The translations under genes and the position numbers were made by a program. 64,000 nt of DNA from a bacterium. Its GTDB lineage: Bacteria > UBP15 > UBA6099. Of this stretch, positions 38,691 through 47,936 are shown piece after piece. The notes beneath the pieces were generated by a model. That model did not search any database. It saw nothing but the letters and a program-made list of their open reading frames with translations, and was not told the DNA's origin. How positions within the stretch are numbered: position 1 is the stretch's first letter; every line of letters starts with the position of its first letter. Where the stretch lies: positions 72,731 through 136,730 of the forward strand of contig JAKQPS010000037.1 of assembly GCA_029564595.1 (NCBI GenBank), in the 5' to 3' direction.

Positions 38691-39509
38691 ATGAGCGGCG
38701 ACACGAGGCCGATAGGCATATTCGATTCGGGAGTCGGGGGGCTTTCACTTCTGCGCGAGCTTGACGTGCTTATGCCCTATGAGGACTTCATATACGTCGG
38801 CGACACCGCTAGGATCCCCTACGGAGCCAAAACCGAACAGCAGATTATCAGCTACTCTCACGAGATAATGGACTTTCTTCGCCGCCGCGACTGCAAGATG
38901 ATAATCATCGCCTGCAACACGGTTACCGGCATGCTTACCGAGAGGGACCATATCGAATGCGAGGGAGCGCCGGTGGTCGGCATTATCAACTACGGCTGCA
39001 TCACCGCCGCCCTGTACGTCACATACAACTTCCGCATCGGCATCTGGGGCACTCAGCTTACCATCGACAGCGGCCTCTACAAAAGATACATGGACAACAT
39101 AGACCCGACGGTGAGGCTGTTCGCTCAGCCGTGCACCGATCTGGTGGCTCTCATAGAGCAGGGGGCCATCGGCTCTCCGGACACCCGCGACCTCACCGAA
39201 AACTACCTCAGGCCCATGCTCCGAGAGGACATCGACACTCTCGTGCTCGCGTGCACCCACCTGCCGTTTATCAGAGGGATTATTCAGGACATCGTCACCG
39301 CGGCTGTCACTCTCATCGACCCGGCCCGCAGAACCGCCGTTCTCTGCATGAAAGTCCTCACTGACAACAGGATAGCCCGCGCCGACCGCTGCGAGCTTGG
39401 GCGCAAACAGTTCTATGTCACCGGCGACCCCGACTCGTTCAAAGAGACCGGGCGGTTGCTCGTCGGGCGCATGGTGGACAGGGTGGAAAAAGTCGACCTG
39501 TCATCATAA
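38691..39509 (+). CDS. murI: Glutamate racemase
   Basis: FDSGVGG, PYG, ACNT, CTH. Confidence 0.95.
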   Translation: MSGDTRPIGIFDSGVGGLSLLRELDVLMPYEDFIYVGDTARIPYGAKTEQQIISYSHEIMDFLRRRDCKMIIIACNTVTGMLTERDHIECEGAPVVGIINYGCITAALYVTYNFRIGIWGTQLTIDSGLYKRYMDNIDPTVRLFAQPCTDLVALIEQGAIGSPDTRDLTENYLRPMLREDIDTLVLACTHLPFIRGIIQDIVTAAVTLIDPARRTAVLCMKVLTDNRIARADRCELGRKQFYVTGDPDSFKETGRLLVGRMVDRVEKVDLSS

Positions 39510-39524
39510 GAAAGGAAAATAAGG

Positions 39525-40406
39525 ATGCCTTCGGAAAAAATATTGAAGATAGCGCTCCCCAAAGGGAGCCTTCAGGAAGCCACTTTCAAACTGCTCGAAC
39601 AGGCCGGCTACAGAGTGACCGCCGGCCCCCGCTCTTACGTGCTAATGTTCGACGACCCCTCAATGTCCGGTATGTTGTTCCGCGCTCAGGAAATCTCCCG
39701 CTACGTCGAGCAGGGCATCGTAGACGCCGGCATCACCGGGCACGACTGGATACTCGAAAACGGCTCCAAGGTGAAAGACGTGGCCGACCTCTTCTACGCC
39801 AAGAGCGGCTCCGGCAAAGTGCGCTGGGTTCTGGCCGCCCCGGAAAATTCATTAATTAAAAAACCGTCCGACCTCGAAGGCGGCAGAATCGCCACCGAGC
39901 TTGTTCAGGTGACAAAAAAATATTTCCGCAAACACGGCGTGAAGGTTAACGTCGAGTTCTCTTGGGGCGCCACCGAGATTAAAGTGCCGACGGTGGTGGA
40001 CGCCATAGTTGACTGCACGGAGACGGGCAGCTCGCTTCGCGCCCACAACCTTCGCATCGTGGACACCGTAATCGAATCGAACACGAAGATGATAGCCAAC
40101 AGGGAATCTTGGAAAGACCCGTGGAAGAGGCGGAAGATAGAAGACCTGACGCTGTTGCTGCTGGGGGCGCTGGACGCCAGACAGATGTCCGGCCTGAAGA
40201 TGAACCTGCCGTCGACCGCCATCGAAAGCGTGCGCGCCGCGCTTCCGGGCATGAAAAGCCCGACCCTCTCTCCGCTGTCGGCGGACGGGTGGTGCGCGCT
40301 CGAAGTTATTGTCGAAAAGAAGGTCGTGCGCGACATCATTCCGAGGCTCAAGCAGGCGGGAGCTTGCGATATCGTTGAATATCCGTTGTCAAAAGTGATA
40401 AAATAG
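39525..40406 (+). CDS. hisG: ATP phosphoribosyltransferase (long form)
   Basis: IALPKGSL, GATE, TETGSSLRAH, C-terminal regulatory domain. Confidence 0.95.
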   Translation: MPSEKILKIALPKGSLQEATFKLLEQAGYRVTAGPRSYVLMFDDPSMSGMLFRAQEISRYVEQGIVDAGITGHDWILENGSKVKDVADLFYAKSGSGKVRWVLAAPENSLIKKPSDLEGGRIATELVQVTKKYFRKHGVKVNVEFSWGATEIKVPTVVDAIVDCTETGSSLRAHNLRIVDTVIESNTKMIANRESWKDPWKRRKIEDLTLLLLGALDARQMSGLKMNLPSTAIESVRAALPGMKSPTLSPLSADGWCALEVIVEKKVVRDIIPRLKQAGACDIVEYPLSKVIK

Positions 40407-40433
40407 TTACAGTTAATCGCGGGAGGTCCCGTT

Positions 40434-40643
40434 ATGTCTTATGACCAACTGAACCCCGTAGCTCTAGTGGCGATGTACATCGGACTGTTCGGGTGGCTCG
40501 CGGCCACCGGCATGTTCATCTACCGGGGCTTCAGGCGGGACGGCAGGCCCCGCTTCTCCAAAGCTCTTTTCTGGTTCGCGATGATATTCATCATGCTCGG
40601 CGTCTGGATCGCCGGGCTGGTGTATCTCGGCCACAACGCCTGA
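40434..40643 (+). CDS. Small two-TM membrane protein
   Basis: GGAGG RBS; two hydrophobic helices. Confidence 0.65.
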   Translation: MSYDQLNPVALVAMYIGLFGWLAATGMFIYRGFRRDGRPRFSKALFWFAMIFIMLGVWIAGLVYLGHNA

Positions 40644-40690
40644 CATCGCCGGCCAACCGGCAACCCCGTCATTAATCCGGAGAATAAGCC

Positions 40691-41731
40691 ATGACATTGC
40701 GCGCTCTGAAATACCTTGCGGCGACAGCGGTCGTTCTGGCTTTAGCGTTCGCCGCGCCCGCCCGCGCGCTTGTCCCGGCGGGAAGCCCGGCCCCTTCGTT
40801 CTCCTCCGTGAAGGACGCCGAAGGCGGCTCTTTCTCTCCCGCCGGCCTCGACGACGCGCACACATTGGTCGTTTTTTTCTCGGCTTATATCGACGGCGCG
40901 GCGGAAACGCTCAAGGGGCTAGACTCGTTGCGCAAACAAGCGCCTTTCGCTGGAAAAATCAATATGGTCGCGGTGAACATGGACCCGTCCCGCGACGCGG
41001 CAATCGCTTTTGCGAAGGAAAAAGATATCAGGGTCCGGCTCATAATCGACAACAATCTGGAGCTTGCCAACAAGTTCGGGGTGAGAAAACCCCCGGCGGC
41101 GTTCATAATCGGCCCGGACCGCGCGGTGAAATTCTCTTCGGACTCGCCGGGCGCTTCCGGCAGGTTCGGTCTGGAAAACAAGCTCGCCTCCATCCTTTCG
41201 GGCGGAAACGGCTCTAGCGCCGCTTCTCTCGAAAACGAATTCAAGGAAAAGAAACTCGTCGCCTCAGGAGCGTCGCTAATCAAAGTTTGTCCCTCGGACG
41301 GCAAGCTTCTTCTTTATGTGACCAACGACGGGATACTGTGGACCTACAATATCGGGACGGGAACGAGGAAGAATCTGGCGGCGGACGCGGCGGCGGCGGA
41401 CTGGTCTCCCGGCTGCGACTCGGTGGTCTACGCCAGAAAGAAAAAGGGCGACCTCTGGCTCAAGCCTCTGGACGAACCGGCGGAGATGCTTTCTTCCAGC
41501 GGCAGAAACCCCGCGTGGTCTCCGGCGGGCGACATGATAGCTTATCTGGACGGGGACTCGGTGTGGATTTACAATCTGCCCGATGAAAAGAAGTGGCAGA
41601 CCACCGCGGTGGGCGTGGGCGTTCAGTGGGCGCGCGGGGGAGCGCTAATTCTGGCGACGGATTCCAAAGGGCGCGCGTGGCTCGTTTCCCCTCTCTCCCG
41701 CGCTTCCCTCATCCAGAGAATTTTCAGATGA
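40691..41731 (+). CDS. Secreted redoxin-fold (AhpC/TlpA-like, no CxxC) plus TolB-like propeller
   Basis: GSPAPSF...VAVNMD...FGVRKPPAAFII; WSP repeats in the C-half. Confidence 0.7.
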   Translation: MTLRALKYLAATAVVLALAFAAPARALVPAGSPAPSFSSVKDAEGGSFSPAGLDDAHTLVVFFSAYIDGAAETLKGLDSLRKQAPFAGKINMVAVNMDPSRDAAIAFAKEKDIRVRLIIDNNLELANKFGVRKPPAAFIIGPDRAVKFSSDSPGASGRFGLENKLASILSGGNGSSAASLENEFKEKKLVASGASLIKVCPSDGKLLLYVTNDGILWTYNIGTGTRKNLAADAAAADWSPGCDSVVYARKKKGDLWLKPLDEPAEMLSSSGRNPAWSPAGDMIAYLDGDSVWIYNLPDEKKWQTTAVGVGVQWARGGALILATDSKGRAWLVSPLSRASLIQRIFR

Positions 41732-41768
41732 AAGGGGCCTCGCTTCGCATAGCGGCGGGGTTCGGAAA

Positions 41769-42482
41769 ATGACGGACAACAAAGAAATCAAGATAGCGGC
41801 TGTTATAGCCGCCGCCGGAATCGGCGAAAGAATGAATGCGGGCTCTCCGAAAGCGTTCATCGAACTGGGCGGAAAACCCATCGTGTGGCATTCCGTCAAG
41901 ACTATCTCCATGATGCCCGAAATCGGCGCTGTGGTTCTTGCCGCCCCTCCGGGATGGATGGAAAAGGCCGCGAAGATGTTCGCGGACGAATTCCCGAACC
42001 TGTCAGTCGTCGAGGGCCGCGCTACCCGGCAGGAAACAGTGCGAAAAGCCCTCGAAGCTCTCCCCGCCGACACCACGATTGCTCTGATACACGACGGGGC
42101 CAGACCGCTCGCCACCCCGGAACTGTTCCGCGCCGTCATCGCCGGAGCCGTCGAACACGGGGCCTGCGTGCCTTCCATCCCCGTCGAGGAAACGGTCAAG
42201 AGAGTCAGGGGCGGCAACGTTTCGGAGACGCTCGACCGCAGCGAGATTCACATCGTCCAGACCCCTCAGGCGTTCTATTTCGAGTCCATACTCGAAGCCC
42301 ACGAGCTTGCGGAGGAACGGAAATGGCGGGCGACGGACGACGCCGCCCTCATCGAGCGTTTGGGCCGCCCGGTCGCGGTCGTTCCCGGCGAACCTTCAAA
42401 CATTAAAATCACCCGCCCCGCCGACCTTAAACTCGCCTCCAGCCTGCTGCCGGGCGCCGCTCACAAACTAGTTTGTGAGTGA
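41769..42482 (+). CDS. ispD: 2-C-methyl-D-erythritol 4-phosphate cytidylyltransferase
   Basis: AAGIGERM, HDGARP, QTPQAF, TDDA, NIKIT. Confidence 0.95.
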   Translation: MTDNKEIKIAAVIAAAGIGERMNAGSPKAFIELGGKPIVWHSVKTISMMPEIGAVVLAAPPGWMEKAAKMFADEFPNLSVVEGRATRQETVRKALEALPADTTIALIHDGARPLATPELFRAVIAGAVEHGACVPSIPVEETVKRVRGGNVSETLDRSEIHIVQTPQAFYFESILEAHELAEERKWRATDDAALIERLGRPVAVVPGEPSNIKITRPADLKLASSLLPGAAHKLVCE

Positions 42483-42572
42483 GAAGAAAAAAGACATTCA
42501 GCGGTGTGTCGTCCTACGGCTAGCGCTTCTGTTGATTGTCGGATAAACGGCTAAATTGATTATTCAGAAATA

Positions 42573-42625
42573 TGTAACTTTAGTCACAAAAAACATTTGA
42601 ATCTCAATAAAATGTAATATAGAAT
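42573..42625 (+). promoter_or_regulatory. Promoter TTGAAT-17-TAGAAT with upstream CRP/FNR-like box
   Basis: TGTAA-N6-TCACA at 42573..42588; -35 at 42597, -10 at 42620. Confidence 0.5.
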
Positions 42626-42692
42626 AGACTGACGGCGATTGTTCAAGTTTTGGGAATTATACTTTGACATCATGCGTCGTCGGGAGCTTGCT

Positions 42693-43727
42693 TTGGAAAC
42701 GGTGTCATGGGTAAAAAGCGGAGCGGTCAGGCTGATTGATCAGACGCTGCTTCCGAACAAACTCAAATATATCGAATTGAAGACGGTGGAGTCTGTCGCT
42801 GCGGCGATAGTGGGGATGAAGGTGAGGGGAGCGCCGGCGATAGGGGTGACAGCCGCTATGGGGATGGCGCTGGCGGCGGTCAAGTTTAAGGGGGCGGACA
42901 GGGGAAAGTTGAACGCGGCTCTGGAATCTGCGGCGGAGCTTCTGGCGTCTACAAGGCCGACTGCGGTAAATCTATTCTGGGCGCTGGCGAGAATGAAATC
43001 TGTCGCGGCAAAGAGCGGTTCGGTAGAGAATGTCAGGAAGGCGATGGTTGCTGAGGCGGAAAAGATAAGGCGGGAAGACGTGGAAGCCTGCCGGGCGATA
43101 GGGGAGTTCGGGGCGAAGTTGCTGAAAAGAAACAGCCGCGTTCTAACCCACTGCAACGCTGGAGGGCTGGCGACGGCGGGGTATGGCACGGCGCTGGGAG
43201 TGATACGCGCGGCGCGGGATGCCGGAAAGATAGAGCGGGTGTATGTGGACGAGACGAGGCCGTGGCTTCAGGGCGCGAAACTGACGGCATTTGAGCTGGC
43301 GATGGAGAAGATACCGGCGACATTGATATGCGACAACATGGCCGGGGCGCTGATGGCGCGCGGCGAAGTGGACGCGGTGGTGGTGGGGGCGGACAGGATA
43401 GCGGCGAACGGCGATTTCGCAAACAAGACCGGCACGTACGGTCTGGCGGTTCTTGCGCGGGCGCACGGTGTTCCTTTCTACGTGGCCGCTCCGGTGTCCA
43501 CGATAGACATGGCGACGCCGGACGGCGAGGGAATAGTGATAGAGACGCGGGACGAGCGAGAGATAAGGGCGTTCAACGGAGTGAAAATCTGTCCGGATGA
43601 AACTGAGGTCTATAACCCGGCGTTCGATGTCACTCCGGCGGAACTGGCGACAGCGATAATAACCGAGCGGGGGGCGGCGAAGGCTCCGAACGCGAACAAA
43701 ATAAAGAGATTGGCTTGCAAGAGATGA
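42693..43727 (+). CDS. mtnA: Methylthioribose-1-phosphate isomerase
   Basis: DQTLLP, VRGAPAIG, RPTAVNL, THCNAG, ETRP, NPAFDVTP. Confidence 0.95.
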   Translation: METVSWVKSGAVRLIDQTLLPNKLKYIELKTVESVAAAIVGMKVRGAPAIGVTAAMGMALAAVKFKGADRGKLNAALESAAELLASTRPTAVNLFWALARMKSVAAKSGSVENVRKAMVAEAEKIRREDVEACRAIGEFGAKLLKRNSRVLTHCNAGGLATAGYGTALGVIRAARDAGKIERVYVDETRPWLQGAKLTAFELAMEKIPATLICDNMAGALMARGEVDAVVVGADRIAANGDFANKTGTYGLAVLARAHGVPFYVAAPVSTIDMATPDGEGIVIETRDEREIRAFNGVKICPDETEVYNPAFDVTPAELATAIITERGAAKAPNANKIKRLACKR

Positions 43728-45553
43728 TGAACGCGGCGGCGGCAGCGCCTGAAGTTAAAGGCCCGGCCGCAAGAACAACCGGAATGACCGTCAAAGGGGC
43801 GGGACGCGAGTTCAACGCTGAATATATCTGTAATGTTTCGTATTCCGGGCCGGGGCGGGTCAAGGCTCTGTTCGGGATAGCGGACGGGATGGGCGCGCAA
43901 GCGTCTGCGGCAAGCGAACTGGCCGTCAACGTCCTGAAGGAGTCCATGCGGCTCATCCGCGAGTCGGACAGCGTGAACGGAAACAACCTGCTGCCCGGAT
44001 GCCTTGAAGAGATACATGCGAGGCTGCTCGCGGAGTCCGGAGGCGAGGACAAGAAAGCGTCTGCGGCTTCCATAATGTGCGGATACATCGAAGGAGAAAC
44101 AGCGCATATTGCGGCGGCAGGCGGCGGAGCGGCGTACATAGTGTCAGAAGGAAAGGCGACCCGGTTGACGCCCAAGCAGGATTTGGGCGCGCTGGAGGAC
44201 GGCGAGGCAAAAGAGCGCCCCGAAGGGCTTGTTCCCGCCGGATGGCCCGCAGAAGGCTTCAATCCCGTTTACATCAGCAGGCGGATTCAGGTCGGAGATT
44301 GTCTGGTCGTCGTGTCAGACGGACTGGACGCGACGCTGCGCGAGAAGTCGGCGGCGGACATTCTGGCAGTCTCAAGAACGATAGACGAGGCGGCATCCTC
44401 GATGCTGGCCGAAGCGGGCGCGGGTAAAAGTTCAGAGGATGACATGGGCGTGGTCATCGTCAAGATTGAATCCATGGAATCGAAAACCCATATGCCGGAC
44501 ATCAAAGTAAAGTATCCGGTTTCCACATACACGAAGAAATATCTTGCGGTCGCCGTAATGTTGTGCGCGATGGGGGCGGTGTTTTATCTCGGCGCGCGGC
44601 TGCCCGGAGCGGCGAAGCAAGACGAGACGCCCGGAACCCTGCCAGTCTCGGAAGACGGCGGCGCGAGCGGGGAGCGGATTTTGATTCCCGGCCTGAGGCG
44701 CGGAGATGCGGGCGTGTCGATTTCAGTGACTCCAGCCGGAGCGAGGGTGTTCGTGAACGGTGTTCAGCAGATTTACGAGCCGGGGAAGATTTTCGGGATT
44801 CCCGCAAACGGCGGCATAGAGCTTAGGGTCGAGGCGGACGGGTTTGACCCGCACATGGAAGTCCTGAACCCGAAACCCGGAGAGCGTATCGAGCTGTCGA
44901 TAACGCTGCTGCCGTCTTCGCCGGACAACGGCTCGCTGTTGATATTATGCAGGCCCGCCTGCGACGCGCTTCTTCTTGACGACAAGAGGCTGGAAGGGTT
45001 TCCGAAAGAGGAGATACTGCTTAGGCAGATACCGCCGGGGCGGCATCATGTGGAAGCCACTAGAGGCCGGGAGTCCGAGGGACGCTCGCTCAACATCGCT
45101 TCAGGGATAACCCAGTCGATAATTTTCAGGTTTGAGGGAGAGAGGATAATCGACACGCGGGCGGAAACCGCGGCAAAGGCGGAGCCTGTGAAGCTGCCGC
45201 CGCGCGCGGTCCCGGAAACCCCGCCCCCTCCTTCGCCTCTGGTTGTTTCGACATCCCCCTCGAAGGAGACGGGATACCCGGCGGCTATAGAAGTCGAAGG
45301 AGCAGGGGCGGAGCCTTCCGCGCCAAAGTTGAACAGAGCGTATTTCAATGTGACATCGAACGTGCGAAACTGCACGCTGATGATATTCAGGAACGGCAAG
45401 CTGGCTCTGACCGGGTTCTGCGACACGCGGCACGACATAGAGCCGGGAGAATACGTTTTTCAGGTGTCCAGACCCGGCTGGAAGACGGCGAGGAAGACGG
45501 TGTCGCTCGAAGGAGAATTCAAGCTGATAGAAATCGAACTGGAGCGAGAATAA
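43724..45553 (+). CDS. PP2C-fold domain + TM + PEGA domains
   Basis: IADGMG, VSDGL, EDDMGVVIV; TM helix; SVTPAGARVFVNG PEGA repeats. Confidence 0.7.
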   Translation: MMNAAAAAPEVKGPAARTTGMTVKGAGREFNAEYICNVSYSGPGRVKALFGIADGMGAQASAASELAVNVLKESMRLIRESDSVNGNNLLPGCLEEIHARLLAESGGEDKKASAASIMCGYIEGETAHIAAAGGGAAYIVSEGKATRLTPKQDLGALEDGEAKERPEGLVPAGWPAEGFNPVYISRRIQVGDCLVVVSDGLDATLREKSAADILAVSRTIDEAASSMLAEAGAGKSSEDDMGVVIVKIESMESKTHMPDIKVKYPVSTYTKKYLAVAVMLCAMGAVFYLGARLPGAAKQDETPGTLPVSEDGGASGERILIPGLRRGDAGVSISVTPAGARVFVNGVQQIYEPGKIFGIPANGGIELRVEADGFDPHMEVLNPKPGERIELSITLLPSSPDNGSLLILCRPACDALLLDDKRLEGFPKEEILLRQIPPGRHHVEATRGRESEGRSLNIASGITQSIIFRFEGERIIDTRAETAAKAEPVKLPPRAVPETPPPPSPLVVSTSPSKETGYPAAIEVEGAGAEPSAPKLNRAYFNVTSNVRNCTLMIFRNGKLALTGFCDTRHDIEPGEYVFQVSRPGWKTARKTVSLEGEFKLIEIELERE

Positions 45554-45556
45554 GAT

Positions 45557-47257
45557 ATGCGGAGCAAAACCGCTCATAAATCGTTCAGGACGCTGGTAGG
45601 CTCGTGCGGGCCGGACTCGCGGTTCGGGCAGGGCGTTTACATCTACGACACCAACGCGTCCGACTTGGACTTCGGGCTGTTCGCGCTTTTCAACGAGTGT
45701 TCGCCCGAAGCCGAGAGGGCGGGGATGGAATATCTTTCCGAGAAAGCCACGCCGTACGTGGACAGCTCGGATGTGGGGTCGATATCGAAGCCTCAGGCGT
45801 TCGTAAGGGACATCGTGATAGGGCTTCAGCGGGAGTTGGAAACGGCGGGGCTTGTGGAGCATCAGTCCACCCGCCATTCCTTCGCGGTGGCGCTGGTCAA
45901 ACACGGCCAGCTTCACATAGCGCGCATAAACGCGTGCCCGTTGTTTTATCTGAAAGACAGGAAATTGTTTCAAGTGTTCAAGACGCCGGAGCAGCGCGGG
46001 CTGAAAAGCGTGCAGGCCGAATCAGTGTCCGCCGGGAGCGGGGACTGTTTGGCGATGTGCTCGGAAAACATGATCAAGCACATGTCCCGGCTGGAGTTGA
46101 AAAACATGCTGCTGACCGAGCCGGACCTGAACTTGGCGTGCGGCAAGCTCCAGATGACGGCAAATAGATACGAGGAGACGGTCGATCCGAGGATGCTCCT
46201 TGTTAAGTTCGAGGAGAACGAGAGAAGGAACTCGACGGCGGCCAACATGCGCAACTTCGGCATAGTCGCCGCGCTGGCCGTGGTCATCATGATACCGTTC
46301 CTGTGGGGAGACATCATGAGGGCGGTGAGGACCAACACTCTCGGCTACGTGAAGAAACAGAAGACGCTCGTCGAGCGGGCGATCGAAAAGATACAACCCG
46401 ATACCAAGAAGTACCTTCCGGAAACCGCGCTCGACGGCCTGCGCGTTCCGTATGACATAGATATATCCGACGACGGGATTTACTACATCGTGGATGTGGG
46501 CAGGGATCAGGTCATTCGCCACGACCCCGCGACGGGAGACAGCTCCTACATAGGCGAAAAGACCAAACTACGGTTCCCGACCGGAATAGACGTCTCAGAG
46601 GACAAGTTGTATGTGGCGGATTTCTCGATAAACGTCAACCGGGTTTTTGCCATAGGAACGGACGGGGAGCCGGCTGGAGAGATGCCCTCTAAGCGCGGAA
46701 GGATAACGATGCGCAACCCGAAGGCGATCGCCGTGGCGAAAGATTTGATATACGTCTGCGACAGAGGAAACAACAGGGTGTTGGTGTTCGACAAGTCCGG
46801 ATCCCATCAGCGCACTATCGACATCCCGCGCAACTACAGGGAGCCTAACGGAATCGCGGTCGCGGACTCCGGCGATATATTCGTCACGCTAAAACTGTCC
46901 GGAATGGTGCTGAAGATAGTGGGCAAAGAGATAACTCCGTTCACGCTGTTCGAGGAGAAAGACGGAGAGAACGCGAGGATATCGCTCAACAAGCCGTCGG
47001 GCATAGCTGTGGATTCGCAGGGTTTTGTTTACATAGCGGACACTGCGGCGAGGCGGGCGCTGATCGCCAACCCGATGGGAAAGATAGCGGGAATAATCGC
47101 GCAGGATTCGCTGGACGACCTGCAGTCTTACTATCCGATGAGCGTGAAACTGGACCCGAAGGGGCAGTATCTTTATATAGTGGGAAGCAACCGCTATAGT
47201 TACGACGCGGGTTGCGAGAACGTGTGCAAGGGAAAAATATGGCGGGTGAAACTATGA
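45557..47257 (+). CDS. Degenerate PP2C-like domain + TM + NHL-repeat beta-propeller
   Basis: GDCLAMCSEN (cf. CSDG); TM; repeated P.GIAV...IYVAD..NNRV. Confidence 0.7.
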   Translation: MRSKTAHKSFRTLVGSCGPDSRFGQGVYIYDTNASDLDFGLFALFNECSPEAERAGMEYLSEKATPYVDSSDVGSISKPQAFVRDIVIGLQRELETAGLVEHQSTRHSFAVALVKHGQLHIARINACPLFYLKDRKLFQVFKTPEQRGLKSVQAESVSAGSGDCLAMCSENMIKHMSRLELKNMLLTEPDLNLACGKLQMTANRYEETVDPRMLLVKFEENERRNSTAANMRNFGIVAALAVVIMIPFLWGDIMRAVRTNTLGYVKKQKTLVERAIEKIQPDTKKYLPETALDGLRVPYDIDISDDGIYYIVDVGRDQVIRHDPATGDSSYIGEKTKLRFPTGIDVSEDKLYVADFSINVNRVFAIGTDGEPAGEMPSKRGRITMRNPKAIAVAKDLIYVCDRGNNRVLVFDKSGSHQRTIDIPRNYREPNGIAVADSGDIFVTLKLSGMVLKIVGKEITPFTLFEEKDGENARISLNKPSGIAVDSQGFVYIADTAARRALIANPMGKIAGIIAQDSLDDLQSYYPMSVKLDPKGQYLYIVGSNRYSYDAGCENVCKGKIWRVKL

Positions 47258-47925
47258 GGGACAGGAGAGCGAGGAGGGCGGCCGCGCTGCTGGCGGCGGC
47301 GTTGGCGCTGCTGGCGGCGGCGGGGCTTCCGGCGGCGGCGCAGGAGTCCGGCGAGGAAGTCGCTTCCACGCAGGCCGTCATGAAATCCCGGCCTGAGGTT
47401 ATGCCGGAAAGCATGCCGGTAGCGTTTCAGCAGGAGATAACTCTCAGCCACGAGTTAGCCAGAATCGAAAGCGACTATATGAATGTCGTTAGATATTACA
47501 ATAAAAATCTGCCGGAAAGGCAGGCGCTGAACATAGCGCGTTACGTGCTGCACTACTCGACGGCGATGAAGGTGGACCCCCGGCTGGTGATGTCGGTCAT
47601 AGTGATCGAGTCTAGGTTCCAGCCGAACGCGGTGTCGCCCAAAGGCGCGATGGGACTGGGGCAGCTTATGCCCGGAACCGCCGCCATGCTGGGCGTCAGA
47701 AACGCTTTTGATCCGAGAGAGAATATTTACGGAACGGTGAAATATCTCAGCGACCAATACCGGAGGTGGCAGAATTCGGAGCGCGCGCTGGAACTGGCGT
47801 TGGCCAGCTACAACGCCGGCCCGGAGGCGGTCGCGAGGCACAAGGGAATACCTCCTTACAGGGAGACGATAGACTACGTTGCGAAAGTGAAAAAACTGTA
47901 CACCTTCTTCGTGTACGGTCGTTGA
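47254..47925 (+). CDS. Lytic transglycosylase (SLT domain)
   Basis: ES catalytic, AVSPKGAMGLGQLMP, ASYNAG, ETIDYV; signal peptide. Confidence 0.93.
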   Translation: MRDRRARRAAALLAAALALLAAAGLPAAAQESGEEVASTQAVMKSRPEVMPESMPVAFQQEITLSHELARIESDYMNVVRYYNKNLPERQALNIARYVLHYSTAMKVDPRLVMSVIVIESRFQPNAVSPKGAMGLGQLMPGTAAMLGVRNAFDPRENIYGTVKYLSDQYRRWQNSERALELALASYNAGPEAVARHKGIPPYRETIDYVAKVKKLYTFFVYGR

Positions 47926-47936
47926 GGCGATAGGGG

